DNA of 27,515 nucleotides from a virus (lineage: Duplodnaviria > Caudoviricetes): positions 1 through 27,515 of IMG/VR virus record IMGVR_UViG_3300020045_004165; one strand, 5' to 3'. Below are positions 1-8,866 of the stretch, piece after piece. A program made the position numbers and the translations under genes. Position 1 is the stretch's first letter. Every line of letters starts with the position of its first letter. The notes beneath the pieces are model-generated. The model saw only the letters and a program-made list of their open reading frames with translations, made no database searches and was not told where the DNA came from.

Positions 1-76
1 TTATTAAACAACAATAAATAATTATTTATAATCAATTCAAATAACAATAAATGTTTTTTTATTCGAATAAAGGTTG

Positions 77-84
77 TAGATTTG
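77..84 (+). promoter_or_regulatory. Bacteroidota primary-sigma -7 element (TAGATTTG)
   Basis: Matches TAnnTTTG, 31 nt upstream of the first + strand ORF. Confidence 0.6.
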
Positions 85-115
85 CTAAAGTAAAAACAAT
101 TAAAAATATATAATT

Positions 116-316
116 ATGGAAGTATTAAAACAAGTTATGAATATATGTTTAGAAAAGAAATATCACTTTTCAATTAACCCAGAAGTTAATTTAATATGCG
201 TAAGCACTGATACTTATCAAACTATATTGAACTCTTATTACGATGGTAATTTAGTTGACTATACCGATAACGATACAATGCCTTTAAATGAATTATTAAA
301 CAAATTAAATAAATAA
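116..316 (+). CDS. hypothetical phage protein (66 aa)
   Basis: First ORF after the promoter, A-rich initiation region, tightly packed with the next gene. Confidence 0.7.
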   Translation: MEVLKQVMNICLEKKYHFSINPEVNLICVSTDTYQTILNSYYDGNLVDYTDNDTMPLNELLNKLNK

Positions 317-321
317 AAATT

Positions 322-618
322 ATGAGTAAATTATTGTACGGAAGTTTAGACTTCTCAAAATTATTAGAATTAGCTAAAGCAGGAAATAAAGCATTTAGCA
401 AAGCAGATAACGGTAAAATTTATCTTAACTTAAATGTATGGATAAATGACGAAAAAGACCAGTTTGGTAATGATGCAAGTATTCAGACTTCATTTAAAGA
501 CGCTACGAAAGAAGATAAAGTTTACTTTGGAAATCTTAAGTTAAGCGAACAACAAGCGCCAAAACCACTTGAAGAAAATTCAAATGAAATTCCTGACGCT
601 GATGATTTACCGTTTTAA
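322..618 (+). CDS. single-stranded DNA-binding-like protein
   Basis: Small beta-rich protein with acidic tail ending DDLPF, typical of SSB C-termini; recombination context. Confidence 0.7.
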   Translation: MSKLLYGSLDFSKLLELAKAGNKAFSKADNGKIYLNLNVWINDEKDQFGNDASIQTSFKDATKEDKVYFGNLKLSEQQAPKPLEENSNEIPDADDLPF

Positions 619-620
619 TC

Positions 621-899
621 ATGGATACATATTACGAACACAATCCGCTTAATACTATTAATGAAATAGAATGCGAGCCACAAACTGAACTTGAAGAACA
701 ACAAGAATGGAATCAGGAATTAGTTAGAAAGAATAAAAAATTAGTCATTGATTTACGCCTTAGTAATATAGAACTGGATATATTAAGATTACAATTAGAA
801 AAGTTAGCAGAAATTGAACAATGCATATCAGTATTCGGAACACTAACTTATGAGCAACTAAAAGAAAAACAAGAAATATTAAATCAGTATATAAAATGA
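621..899 (+). CDS. hypothetical coiled-coil protein (92 aa)
   Basis: E/Q/L-rich helical ORF, ATGA overlap with the next gene. Confidence 0.7.
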   Translation: MDTYYEHNPLNTINEIECEPQTELEEQQEWNQELVRKNKKLVIDLRLSNIELDILRLQLEKLAEIEQCISVFGTLTYEQLKEKQEILNQYIK

Positions 900-1429
900 A
901 AGAAACAGATATTGATAGTATGAAATACCGTAAATCTACACATTTAGCAGGTATTGATGTGGAAGCTATTGTAAGTGAAAAGGGAAGTTGTGTTTTAACT
1001 ATAAAAGAAGCTTATTACAATACAAATGTTGATGTGTCTGGTAATAAGACAGACGGTTATTTTATAGAGTTTGTAGAGCCTTTAAAGCCAATGATGGCTA
1101 ACTCTGGAAATCGTAAGATTATAAACGATATTGTAAAAGAAAAATTAGGATGCACTTCAGCAGAAAGTAGAATGTTGCCTAATTGGAAAGGAATACAAAT
1201 TGATTTATTTTTTGACCCTTCACGTAAAATGATGGGTAAGGTTACTGGTGGAATAGGAGTTAAACCTGTAGTTAAAAAAGTAATTAGTGATATTAATGCA
1301 TTAGCTATTTTAAATAAATCTAAAACAATTGAAGAATTAAAGTCAAATTGGGAATTATTAACCGCAGTTGAAAAAAACATACCTACTGCAATGGCTTTAA
1401 AAGAAAAACTTAAAACTACTTTAAAATGA
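896..1429 (+). CDS. putative ssDNA-binding/annealing protein
   Basis: Lies between SSB and exonuclease; C-terminal helix (KTIEELKSNWELL) resembles tails of phage recombinases; function inferred. Confidence 0.45.
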   Translation: MKETDIDSMKYRKSTHLAGIDVEAIVSEKGSCVLTIKEAYYNTNVDVSGNKTDGYFIEFVEPLKPMMANSGNRKIINDIVKEKLGCTSAESRMLPNWKGIQIDLFFDPSRKMMGKVTGGIGVKPVVKKVISDINALAILNKSKTIEELKSNWELLTAVEKNIPTAMALKEKLKTTLK

Positions 1430-1596
1430 TGGATATTTTAAATATGATTTCACTAGTCCAGATATACATACATCACGTTAAAAACGTAAATGTAATTATA
1501 AATGTACCCACAAATAATCGGCAATTAATTTTATTAAATAAATCGTATAAAAAAGCTGTAGAATGGGCGAAATTAAATAATTTAAAAATATATTAG
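1426..1596 (+). CDS. hypothetical protein (56 aa, MMDILNMISLVQIY...), not in ORF track
   Basis: ATGA overlap with the upstream stop; ends 1 nt before the exonuclease ATG and fills the gap exactly. Confidence 0.7.
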   Translation: MMDILNMISLVQIYIHHVKNVNVIINVPTNNRQLILLNKSYKKAVEWAKLNNLKIY

Positions 1597-1597
1597 A

Positions 1598-2248
1598 ATG
1601 ATTGCAAGACACGATATTGAACAACATTCTGAGGAATGGCACAAAGTACGTTATGGTAAAATAGGAGGTACATTATCTAAAGGTTTATTTGTTAAGTCAG
1701 ATACGCTTCTAGAAGATGTGTTATCTGAAATAGTAGAAGATTTCGATTTGCAAGAGTCGTTTCAATCGTATGACATGATACGTGGTACTGAATTAGAACC
1801 AGAAGCACGTAAAGCATTGAATGCATATTTAGGAATAGAATTAAAAGAAGTAGGATGGTTACAATGTGAAGAAATACCTTTACTTGGAATATCTCCAGAT
1901 GGAATAACTGAATGTGAAACTATTTCAGCTGAGATAAAATGCCCTAATGCTAAAACGCATTTAAAAACTATTTTAGCAAATGAAATTCCTGCAAACAATA
2001 AACATCAATGTATCCATTATTTTACGGTTAATCCTAAGTTAGAAAAGCATTACTTCTGTAGTTTTAGACCAGAAAATAATTTTAAGTCAATTTTTGTAAA
2101 GGAATTAAATAGAGAAAGTTTAGTTGATTTAGGAACGAAAGCCAAGCCTAATATTCAAACTATAGAGCATTGGGTTCGTGTTGCTAAACGTGAAGCTACA
2201 TTTTTACAAGAACAAATTGATAACGCTATTAAACAATTAGAGTTCTAA
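1598..2248 (+). CDS. YqaJ/lambda-exonuclease-family recombination nuclease
   Basis: QHSEEWHKVRYGKI, RGTELEPEAR, SPDG and EIKCP motifs. Confidence 0.9.
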   Translation: MIARHDIEQHSEEWHKVRYGKIGGTLSKGLFVKSDTLLEDVLSEIVEDFDLQESFQSYDMIRGTELEPEARKALNAYLGIELKEVGWLQCEEIPLLGISPDGITECETISAEIKCPNAKTHLKTILANEIPANNKHQCIHYFTVNPKLEKHYFCSFRPENNFKSIFVKELNRESLVDLGTKAKPNIQTIEHWVRVAKREATFLQEQIDNAIKQLEF

Positions 2249-2269
2249 AAATATCTTTCATAACGTGAA

Positions 2270-2349
2270 TATCAATTAAGGGAAGATAGGAGATAACGTA
2301 TCGTGGCTTGTAGATGACATCCTACACGCTCCTATAATTTCGATTGATA
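2270..2349 (+). ncRNA. candidate structured RNA (long interrupted hairpin)
   Basis: Nested pairings TATCAAT/ATTGATA, ATAGGAG/CTCCTAT and TGTAG/CTACA in a relatively GC-rich intergenic patch. Confidence 0.35.
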
Positions 2350-2377
2350 GATACAAACACCTATTATAACCAGTTTT

Positions 2378-2500
2378 ATGAAATATAAATGGATTTTTGT
2401 CAAAAACGACAAAGAAGAATATGAGAAAATTAAGTGTTTTATTTTAAAAGAAAAGCAAGTTGAAAAGCCAAAATACATAATAGTCAGGACTTTTAAATAA
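2378..2500 (+). CDS. small basic hypothetical protein (40 aa, MKYKWIFVKNDKEE...)
   Basis: Open frame co-oriented with neighbours, below the ORF-track cutoff. Confidence 0.45.
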   Translation: MKYKWIFVKNDKEEYEKIKCFILKEKQVEKPKYIIVRTFK

Positions 2501-2626
2501 GTGATAATAGTTCGATAGTATAATTTCGGCTTGAAAAAGTAAAAGACCGTATTTAGGATTAAATTATTAAACCTAAACCCGAATTTTGCCCGTTCTAACA
2601 TAAACAATAATTAATAACCCAACCAC

Positions 2627-2663
2627 AAAGACAATTTCTATCCATAGATTAGAGTTGTCTTTT
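2627..2663 (+). terminator. putative intrinsic terminator
   Basis: AAAGACAA(T)TTCTA / TAGAGTTGTCTTT stem followed by a short T run. Confidence 0.45.
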
Positions 2664-2679
2664 AAAAACAAATAATACT

Positions 2680-2868
2680 ATGATAAATATTTTTAAAACA
2701 CTTTTTTCAATATGCTTTATACTTTTAAGTTCCGCATATTTTTTATGGATACATCAAAACGCAGGTTTTGAATTTACAGCTAAATGTTTGTTTATTTGGG
2801 GAATTTGTATTTCCGCATGGTCGCTTTGCTTTTTATTAATATTATCTCTACTTGACGACCTTACTTAA
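2680..2868 (+). CDS. small membrane protein, two TM helices (62 aa)
   Basis: Two hydrophobic stretches; last + strand gene, overlaps the convergent spanin stop by 8 nt. Confidence 0.6.
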   Translation: MINIFKTLFSICFILLSSAYFLWIHQNAGFEFTAKCLFIWGICISAWSLCFLLILSLLDDLT

Positions 2869-3253
2869 ACTTAAACCATAAAAACACAAATAAACTGATT
2901 ACAAATACTATTCCTATAATTTTATTAGAGTAATCAGTTTTTTCTGTTACTTTATTTTTAGCTTCAGTTTCTTTTTTAATTTCAATCACTTTAGCATTTT
3001 CTTTAATCTCAAAGTTATTAAATTTACTTTTATCATATTTAATAGTTACGTTAAAATACGTTTTACCATCTATAATAATAGGCTTAGATGCATCAAAAGG
3101 TGTTATAGTATATATATCGTTCAATACTATATTTTGGCTTAAAATACGGCTGTTTTCTACGCTTAATGAATCTGATTTAAATGATGTAGATTGATTCGAT
3201 ATGGTACGTTTTCCGCATGAAACTATTAGTAAAATTAGGAGTAAGTATTTCAT
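2861..3253 (-). CDS. unimolecular spanin (u-spanin)
   Basis: N-terminal lipoprotein signal (LLIVS-C), C-terminal TM helix (IIGIVFVISLFVFLWF), downstream of the endolysin. Confidence 0.75.
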   Translation of the reverse strand: MKYLLLILLIVSCGKRTISNQSTSFKSDSLSVENSRILSQNIVLNDIYTITPFDASKPIIIDGKTYFNVTIKYDKSKFNNFEIKENAKVIEIKKETEAKNKVTEKTDYSNKIIGIVFVISLFVFLWFKFK

Positions 3254-3254
3254 T

Positions 3255-3326
3255 TTAATTATACCAGTTACTTCCTAATGGACAAACCAAATCATCTGCT
3301 CCAAGCGCAATAATATCATTTTTCAT
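3255..3326 (-). CDS. micro-ORF (23 aa, MKNDIIALGADDLVCPLGSNWYN)
   Basis: A-rich initiation region; stop 1 nt before the spanin ATG. Confidence 0.4.
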   Translation of the reverse strand: MKNDIIALGADDLVCPLGSNWYN

Positions 3327-3368
3327 AATTTATAATTTTTTTGTTATTTAAGTTTTTAATTATTTTTC

Positions 3369-3932
3369 TTAAATAGCTAGTTTATTATTTAAGTTTTTCC
3401 ATTTCAATAGTAATTCTTTCCTATACTCTAAACCATTATATCCACCGTTCACACGTCTTGTAATCCCTTTTAAATCGTCTTTATCAGCTAAAGCATTTAA
3501 ATTACTTTTATTCCAAAACCACAAAGCAGAAATCATTGCGTTAGCTTCTTCTAATAGTAAGTCTGGATTTTTCAAACAATCTAAATCGGTATCGTTAGAT
3601 AATTGATGGTAATTTATTTTTCCAGTAATTTGTAAAAATCCACGTCCTCTATATTTCCATCCTTCCCCGCTTGCTTCATTACTATTACCCATTCGATTAG
3701 CATAAACTCTGTTAGCTATCTTTTCTGGCTTTCTAGCGTATAATAATGATTCATTAGTGTTAAAGTACTTTGAGAAAGTTTGCATTAATCCTTGTGCGCT
3801 ATAATTCAAATTCTCACTAATTGGCTTTAATCCGCTTTCATGTTCAATCTGAGCCATAAAATGTGCAATACGTAATTTTGTAGTTAATCCGTATTTTTTG
3901 AATAGGGAATTATATTTTGTTTGTAGGTTCAT
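3369..3932 (-). CDS. endolysin, glycoside hydrolase family 19
   Basis: HFMAQIEHESG, ENLNYS, YANRMGN, YRGRGFLQITGK and TRRVNGG motifs. Confidence 0.93.
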   Translation of the reverse strand: MNLQTKYNSLFKKYGLTTKLRIAHFMAQIEHESGLKPISENLNYSAQGLMQTFSKYFNTNESLLYARKPEKIANRVYANRMGNSNEASGEGWKYRGRGFLQITGKINYHQLSNDTDLDCLKNPDLLLEEANAMISALWFWNKSNLNALADKDDLKGITRRVNGGYNGLEYRKELLLKWKNLNNKLAI

Positions 3933-3936
3933 AATG

Positions 3937-4227
3937 TTATCTTGAAATTAAAAATAAAATATATCCGAATATAAAAGTTAATATTACTCCTGCAAATATT
4001 CTTAACTGTCGCATATTCTCTTTTGTAACGGTATAATCTTCTTCTAAGCGTTTTACTCTATTGTCAATTTCGTGTACAATATGAGTTAACCCTTTATGAT
4101 TATTAAATACATTTCCAACTAAAGCAGATTCAATACTATCTAAGGTTTTATTTTGATTTTCAGCATCAGTTTTTAATGATTTTAAATGCTGTTCCATACG
4201 GTCTAAACGTTCTGATTCTATTGACAT
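3937..4227 (-). CDS. lysis-cassette membrane protein (coiled coil plus C-terminal TM)
   Basis: Heptad-rich N-terminus, single C-terminal TM, directly upstream of the endolysin. Confidence 0.6.
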   Translation of the reverse strand: MSIESERLDRMEQHLKSLKTDAENQNKTLDSIESALVGNVFNNHKGLTHIVHEIDNRVKRLEEDYTVTKENMRQLRIFAGVILTFIFGYILFLISR

Positions 4228-4230
4228 AAG

Positions 4231-4554
4231 CTAATAAATTGATTCTATTACAGTAAATGTAATTATTGAAATATAAAAAAAGTAATAAATGTTTTCGTTT
4301 AATATTGGATATATAAGTGTTAAAAATATTACTGCTAATATACAATAAATATAGTTTTTAGAAAAAGGTATATAATACCTGTGAAAAAAGAAAAAATGAG
4401 TTAATGAAATACCTACTAAAATAGAATCTATTAAATCAAATCTATAATAGTTTTCTTGGTAGAAATAGGCGTTTCTTAAAAATACAAAACAAACTATCCA
4501 ATTAATTACAATGAATATTGGCAAATAACTAAATAGTTTGTGTATTTTTTTCAT
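4231..4554 (-). CDS. multi-pass membrane protein (about 4 TM, 107 aa)
   Basis: Very hydrophobic, F/I/Y-rich; packed inside the lysis cassette. Confidence 0.6.
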   Translation of the reverse strand: MKKIHKLFSYLPIFIVINWIVCFVFLRNAYFYQENYYRFDLIDSILVGISLTHFFFFHRYYIPFSKNYIYCILAVIFLTLIYPILNENIYYFFYISIITFTVIESIY

Positions 4555-4555
4555 T

Positions 4556-4822
4556 TTACTTTTTTGGAGGTTTTGGCAAACCTACTATTCCTTCATCACC
4601 TTCGCTTGCAACAATTTCTTTTGATGCAGGAGAAAGAAAGTTTTTAACTAAATAAGCTAGACCTCCACCTATTGCTGACAATCCTATTGTTTTCCAATCA
4701 AAAGTTAATACTCCTAATTCTAAAGATTGTTGAACTATTACCACTACAGGAGTTAAAACCGCCATCAAAAGACCTTTACCTAAATCCAACCAATTAAGGC
4801 TTAAAAAATTACTTGTTTTCAT
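4556..4822 (-). CDS. putative holin
   Basis: 88 aa, two TM helices, charged C-terminal tail, first gene of the lysis cassette. Confidence 0.65.
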   Translation of the reverse strand: MKTSNFLSLNWLDLGKGLLMAVLTPVVVIVQQSLELGVLTFDWKTIGLSAIGGGLAYLVKNFLSPASKEIVASEGDEGIVGLPKPPKK

Positions 4823-4841
4823 ATTTATTTATATTTAATTA

Positions 4842-5090
4842 TTAAAGTCTTTCTATTTTCAATTCTTCAATTACAATATTTTCAAGATAAGTATTATCAT
4901 CACCCCAATTTGAATATTGCTCTTCTGTCAATTGAATTTTTCCTTTTTCCAAATCTTTAAAATCTTCAGATAAAAGTCTCCATCCTATTTGACAAGTTTT
5001 ATCTTGTGTATTTGGAATTGAAACGCTTACTATCAAATTAGCGGCTTCTGTTTTCTGAATCCCTAATGGGATAGGTTTAATTTGTATCAT
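4842..5090 (-). CDS. small protein following fibre genes (possible fibre chaperone)
   Basis: 82 aa ORF; role inferred from position only. Confidence 0.5.
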   Translation of the reverse strand: MIQIKPIPLGIQKTEAANLIVSVSIPNTQDKTCQIGWRLLSEDFKDLEKGKIQLTEEQYSNWGDDNTYLENIVIEELKIERL

Positions 5091-5105
5091 ATTTATATAT
5101 TTAAT

Positions 5106-6839
5106 TTACCAAGTTTTACGCCCTGCTATTGTTTCGCTTAAATTTATTATTGAATTTAATATATCAATTTCAGAATCACTTAATCCTTCGTGAAGGATAA
5201 CCATTTGAATCCTTTGGCTTGAATAACCATAAGGACTTCCGTTTAAATTTACGCTCCCTATAAAATCAGCTATATTAGGAAGTGTTCCCCCTGAGCCAGT
5301 ATTTATTATAGTAGTATTGTTTCTTATTAATTTAGATACTGTACTACTTTGTTTTACTGCTGTAAAAATACCTCTCGATTCGTTACCGTTTGCTATTGTA
5401 GCATAAGTGCCATTTAATCTAATTACTTTTTGGTAATTACTATTGTTATTTTTTAATGATAGCAAATAAGATTGTGATGCAGAAACCTCGCTTCCAAACT
5501 CGTAAGTATCACTTGTATAAGCATTATTGTTTGTACCACACACTAAAGTTACTCCATGACTATTCAGGGATTGATTTACGCTTGGTATAAATTTAGTATT
5601 AGCATAACTGCTTCCATTTAATTGATAGCCTAAATCGCTAAAAGTAGCCGAACCTGCAAATACTAATCTAAAAGCAGAGTCACTATCTACTGGATTTTTA
5701 GCGTTGTATTTCTGATTGTTAGAAGATGAGCCCTTAAACAGATATATACTCTGTACTTTACTCCATAGTCCAGATTTTTTTAAATCAACAATTACCCTAG
5801 CTGAACTTTCTTTTGCGACGTCAGTACTTATTCCAGAGGCAGATATATAAGCATTTGCGTCTGTATCAGTATTGGTTTGAAATGTAACGGTCGACGGGGT
5901 TGTAAAACTTATAGAGTTGCTTAATGTTGACTTGTTGTAAAAAATATCAACTGAAACCACTGTAAAGGTGTAATAAGTAGAGGGGCTTAGATTAATTGCG
6001 AATCCACCAGAATATTTAGATGCGTTATTAAAAACCCCGTTTACGTAAATTTCGTAAAATTCTATAGCGTTTACACTTCCTGTGGGCTCTGTAAAATTCA
6101 ATTCAACAGCATTAGGATAAAACACTCCTGATACCAAAGATGTTACGTTATTAGGTTGACTATAATTATTTACATATCTAACTGTATTACCCAATCCTAT
6201 AGTATATTGCAAATCTCCATCTGGACTCCCTGCGTTATTTGTTGCTAAAAAAGGATTTGTATATACTACAATGTTTGTATTGGTAGAGAATACATTGTCA
6301 TTACCTGAAGTACTGCCCAATGTAGTAACTACAGGGATGTAAATATATTTTTTCTGAATAGAAGTACTAAAAAACATAGAATTACCAGCCACATTATTGC
6401 AGTTTTGTAGAATTACTGTGTTTATATTAGAATTTAAAAATGCAAATCCGCTAACAGTAGTGCAGTTCTTAAAATTTATTATTTTTATATTGGTCGTCCC
6501 ATTAAAACATGAAGCCCCTATAGAAGAAACGAGTCCATCTGTATCTATATAAAAAGATATAGCTGTATCGCTTAAGAAGGTGTTGTTTAGTAAAGGATAA
6601 CTTCCAGTAATCTTGCATTTAATGTCACTACCTACAATAGAAAAATTAGAAATTCTACTTACGTCTATAGCAAGTTTAGTTGCTAATAATGCAGGTGTTG
6701 ATATTGTAGAAGCAACTCCTCCAATTTCTGTATTAGTGCTTAAAAATACTGTTTTGCCACCAAAATTTTGTCTTGCAATTAGTCCGCTTTGAGAAAAGCA
6801 AGAAAATGAAATAAATAATATTAATAAATACTTTCTCAT
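5106..6839 (-). CDS. receptor-binding/adhesin-like protein: signal peptide, BspA-type LRR, FN3, lectin-like C-domain
   Basis: SIGASCF...TTVSGFAF LRR_5-like repeats; FN3 signature (YEIYVNG...NLSPSTYYTFTVVSVD); beta-rich C-terminal domain. Confidence 0.65.
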   Translation of the reverse strand: MRKYLLILFISFSCFSQSGLIARQNFGGKTVFLSTNTEIGGVASTISTPALLATKLAIDVSRISNFSIVGSDIKCKITGSYPLLNNTFLSDTAISFYIDTDGLVSSIGASCFNGTTNIKIINFKNCTTVSGFAFLNSNINTVILQNCNNVAGNSMFFSTSIQKKYIYIPVVTTLGSTSGNDNVFSTNTNIVVYTNPFLATNNAGSPDGDLQYTIGLGNTVRYVNNYSQPNNVTSLVSGVFYPNAVELNFTEPTGSVNAIEFYEIYVNGVFNNASKYSGGFAINLSPSTYYTFTVVSVDIFYNKSTLSNSISFTTPSTVTFQTNTDTDANAYISASGISTDVAKESSARVIVDLKKSGLWSKVQSIYLFKGSSSNNQKYNAKNPVDSDSAFRLVFAGSATFSDLGYQLNGSSYANTKFIPSVNQSLNSHGVTLVCGTNNNAYTSDTYEFGSEVSASQSYLLSLKNNNSNYQKVIRLNGTYATIANGNESRGIFTAVKQSSTVSKLIRNNTTIINTGSGGTLPNIADFIGSVNLNGSPYGYSSQRIQMVILHEGLSDSEIDILNSIINLSETIAGRKTW

Positions 6840-8548
6840 AATGAACCTACTGTTATATAATTATTAGTCGCTGTTCTATTTTTTAAAGTAAAGGACAGTT
6901 TTTCTGCCATTGTAGTTCCTGTATTATTAAATAAAACTACCGAACCTCCTAAAGATACTGTTTGCGTAACTCCTGCTAAAGTTACAAAAGAGCACTCAAA
7001 TCCAGCGACCAATCCGTTAGGGATTGTTACTGTACAGCTTGACGTTAGTATAACTACTTTACCATTGTACGTATTATCTAATGAAAAAGAAGTTCCTGTT
7101 TCTACTACATTTAAAATAGAAGAATAATTAGTTGAATCTGTACTTCCATCAGCTTTAAGGAATTGAGAAGATAAGCCTCCATATAATTCATATCTGGACG
7201 CTTTTAAAGTCCCGTTTTTATTTAATGTAAAGGTTTCTGCACCCCCATCTTGACCTTTTAATATTGTGGTGTCGCCCATTCCCCCATTTATATTGACTAA
7301 GCCAGTAAAATTAGGAGAAGCTAAATTAGCTTTTAAATCTAATTGGGTTTTAACGGCTTGAACACTTGGATATAAAGTATTGTTTACTGTAGTGAAAGTA
7401 GTTGCTTTGTTTGTTATGTATTCTAAATTTGTTTTTTCTGTAGCTGTTAAATGTTGAAAATCACCCAAATTAAGACCTCCTAAATCATTATGTAATGTTG
7501 CGCTCCCTGCTTGGTATATTGTTGCAAATTCGCTCGATACTTCCATTGTTGTAGCATCTTTTCTAATAATAACACGCCCAACTCTTGTGCCTAAGAATTG
7601 CAACTCACTTGGCAAACTTACTGGTACTGGAGCTAAACGAGCATCGTTAATATTTGCATAAGTAGTTGAGCCTAAAAGAACATATAATTTACTTGGATTG
7701 TCTGCTAAAATATAAACATAATCAACACGGTAATCATTTGTTGGCATAGTTGTCAAAACTCCTGCTAAACTATATTGAGTATTGTTTATTTGAGTGTTTC
7801 CTGTTGTTCTTACCCAAGTGCCGTTATTATAGGCTTGTGTAAAAGTGCTTCCTGTAGATGTATTAAATGCAGGGGTAGACACTTCAATTAAACCAGAATA
7901 GTATAATCCTGATGTTAATAATAAGTTTCTATTAGAGCCTGTTAAAACAGCCCCTTGTGCCCTTCTTAATCCCTCACTATTTAAAAATCTACGTCTTAAT
8001 TTACCGTTAGCATCTACATTTTGTCCTACTAAACTAATATAGTCTAAAGTAGTACCTACTCTTGAAATAACATAAGCTATTGAGTTTGTAGTTGTGTTTA
8101 TTGTTCCTGCTGACAAGGTAACAGTTAAAGCAGGTGAACCTCCGTTATAATCAACTAATATAAAATTGTTTGCATTGTCTGTTAATGCTAAATTAGTAAC
8201 TGATGGAATTACATACTTTATTAGTGGGCTATAAGGGTCGTTAGTTGTTCTTAAATAAGCTGTACCTGTTGCAATATTTACCGTACCATCACCATTATTT
8301 GTAATTGCAAAACCTTGAATTGCTCCAGATGAATTTTCTGTGCGTAAATCTAAAGCGTTGGCGGTTGCAGTAGAAACTGGCAAAGATGTAGCAGGAATAT
8401 GATTTATTTGACCGTCTGTTTCTTGTGTGTTAATCTTTGCAGTACTTGCACTAGTTGTATTTCCTGTTATCTTTAGTTTATTTGCTAAAGTTGTTTGTCC
8501 ATAAGATACGGATGTAATCAGTAATATTAAAAAAAGTATTTTTTTCAT
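6836..8548 (-). CDS. tail-fibre-like protein with N-terminal signal peptide
   Basis: T/S/G/N-rich; fibre-type motifs LDLKANLASPNFTG and SSQFLKADGS; MKKILFLILLITSVSYG-Q N-terminus. Confidence 0.6.
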   Translation of the reverse strand: MKKILFLILLITSVSYGQTTLANKLKITGNTTSASTAKINTQETDGQINHIPATSLPVSTATANALDLRTENSSGAIQGFAITNNGDGTVNIATGTAYLRTTNDPYSPLIKYVIPSVTNLALTDNANNFILVDYNGGSPALTVTLSAGTINTTTNSIAYVISRVGTTLDYISLVGQNVDANGKLRRRFLNSEGLRRAQGAVLTGSNRNLLLTSGLYYSGLIEVSTPAFNTSTGSTFTQAYNNGTWVRTTGNTQINNTQYSLAGVLTTMPTNDYRVDYVYILADNPSKLYVLLGSTTYANINDARLAPVPVSLPSELQFLGTRVGRVIIRKDATTMEVSSEFATIYQAGSATLHNDLGGLNLGDFQHLTATEKTNLEYITNKATTFTTVNNTLYPSVQAVKTQLDLKANLASPNFTGLVNINGGMGDTTILKGQDGGAETFTLNKNGTLKASRYELYGGLSSQFLKADGSTDSTNYSSILNVVETGTSFSLDNTYNGKVVILTSSCTVTIPNGLVAGFECSFVTLAGVTQTVSLGGSVVLFNNTGTTMAEKLSFTLKNRTATNNYITVGSL

Positions 8549-8557
8549 GTTGTTTAT

Positions 8558-8866
8558 TTAAATTTCTGTTTGAACTAATGGTAAAAAATTATCAGAATCC
8601 ATCAAAGAACCTCCTAGCCACTTAGCTTCTGAATAGCGTATTGTTCCGTCATTTTTCCATCCGCTAAATATATCTCCTATTTCGTAAGTTATAAGAGTAT
8701 TCCCATAGCCCTTTTGAAGGAATTTAAAAGTAGTAAAGTCTGTAACTGGAATAATCGCATTGTATAATTCTGAAAAGTTTTCTTTGGCTTTTCTTTGGCT
8801 TTCTCTTAAAGTATCACCAGTCCCATCATTTGCGGTCGTCCCTATGTTTATTATCTGTTCTGCCAT
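8558..8866 (-). CDS. structural protein with T4 gp9/gp10-like N-terminal motif
   Basis: INIGTTANDGTGDTLR...ENFSELY motif. Confidence 0.65.
   Translation of the reverse strand: MAEQIINIGTTANDGTGDTLRESQRKAKENFSELYNAIIPVTDFTTFKFLQKGYGNTLITYEIGDIFSGWKNDGTIRYSEAKWLGGSLMDSDNFLPLVQTEI

Noticed and set aside
2248-2260. 13-mer AAAATATCTTTCA also found at 25656-25668
   Set aside because: AT-rich 13-mer matches are expected by chance at this base composition
2286-2327. Resemblance to a fluoride riboswitch (ATAGGAGAT...GATGACATCCTAC)
   Set aside because: The P1 and pseudoknot pairings cannot form and no fluoride-related gene follows
1057-2607. Minus-strand ORFs 1057-1380, 1762-1998 and 2332-2607
   Set aside because: Antisense shadows of + strand genes with no recognisable motifs
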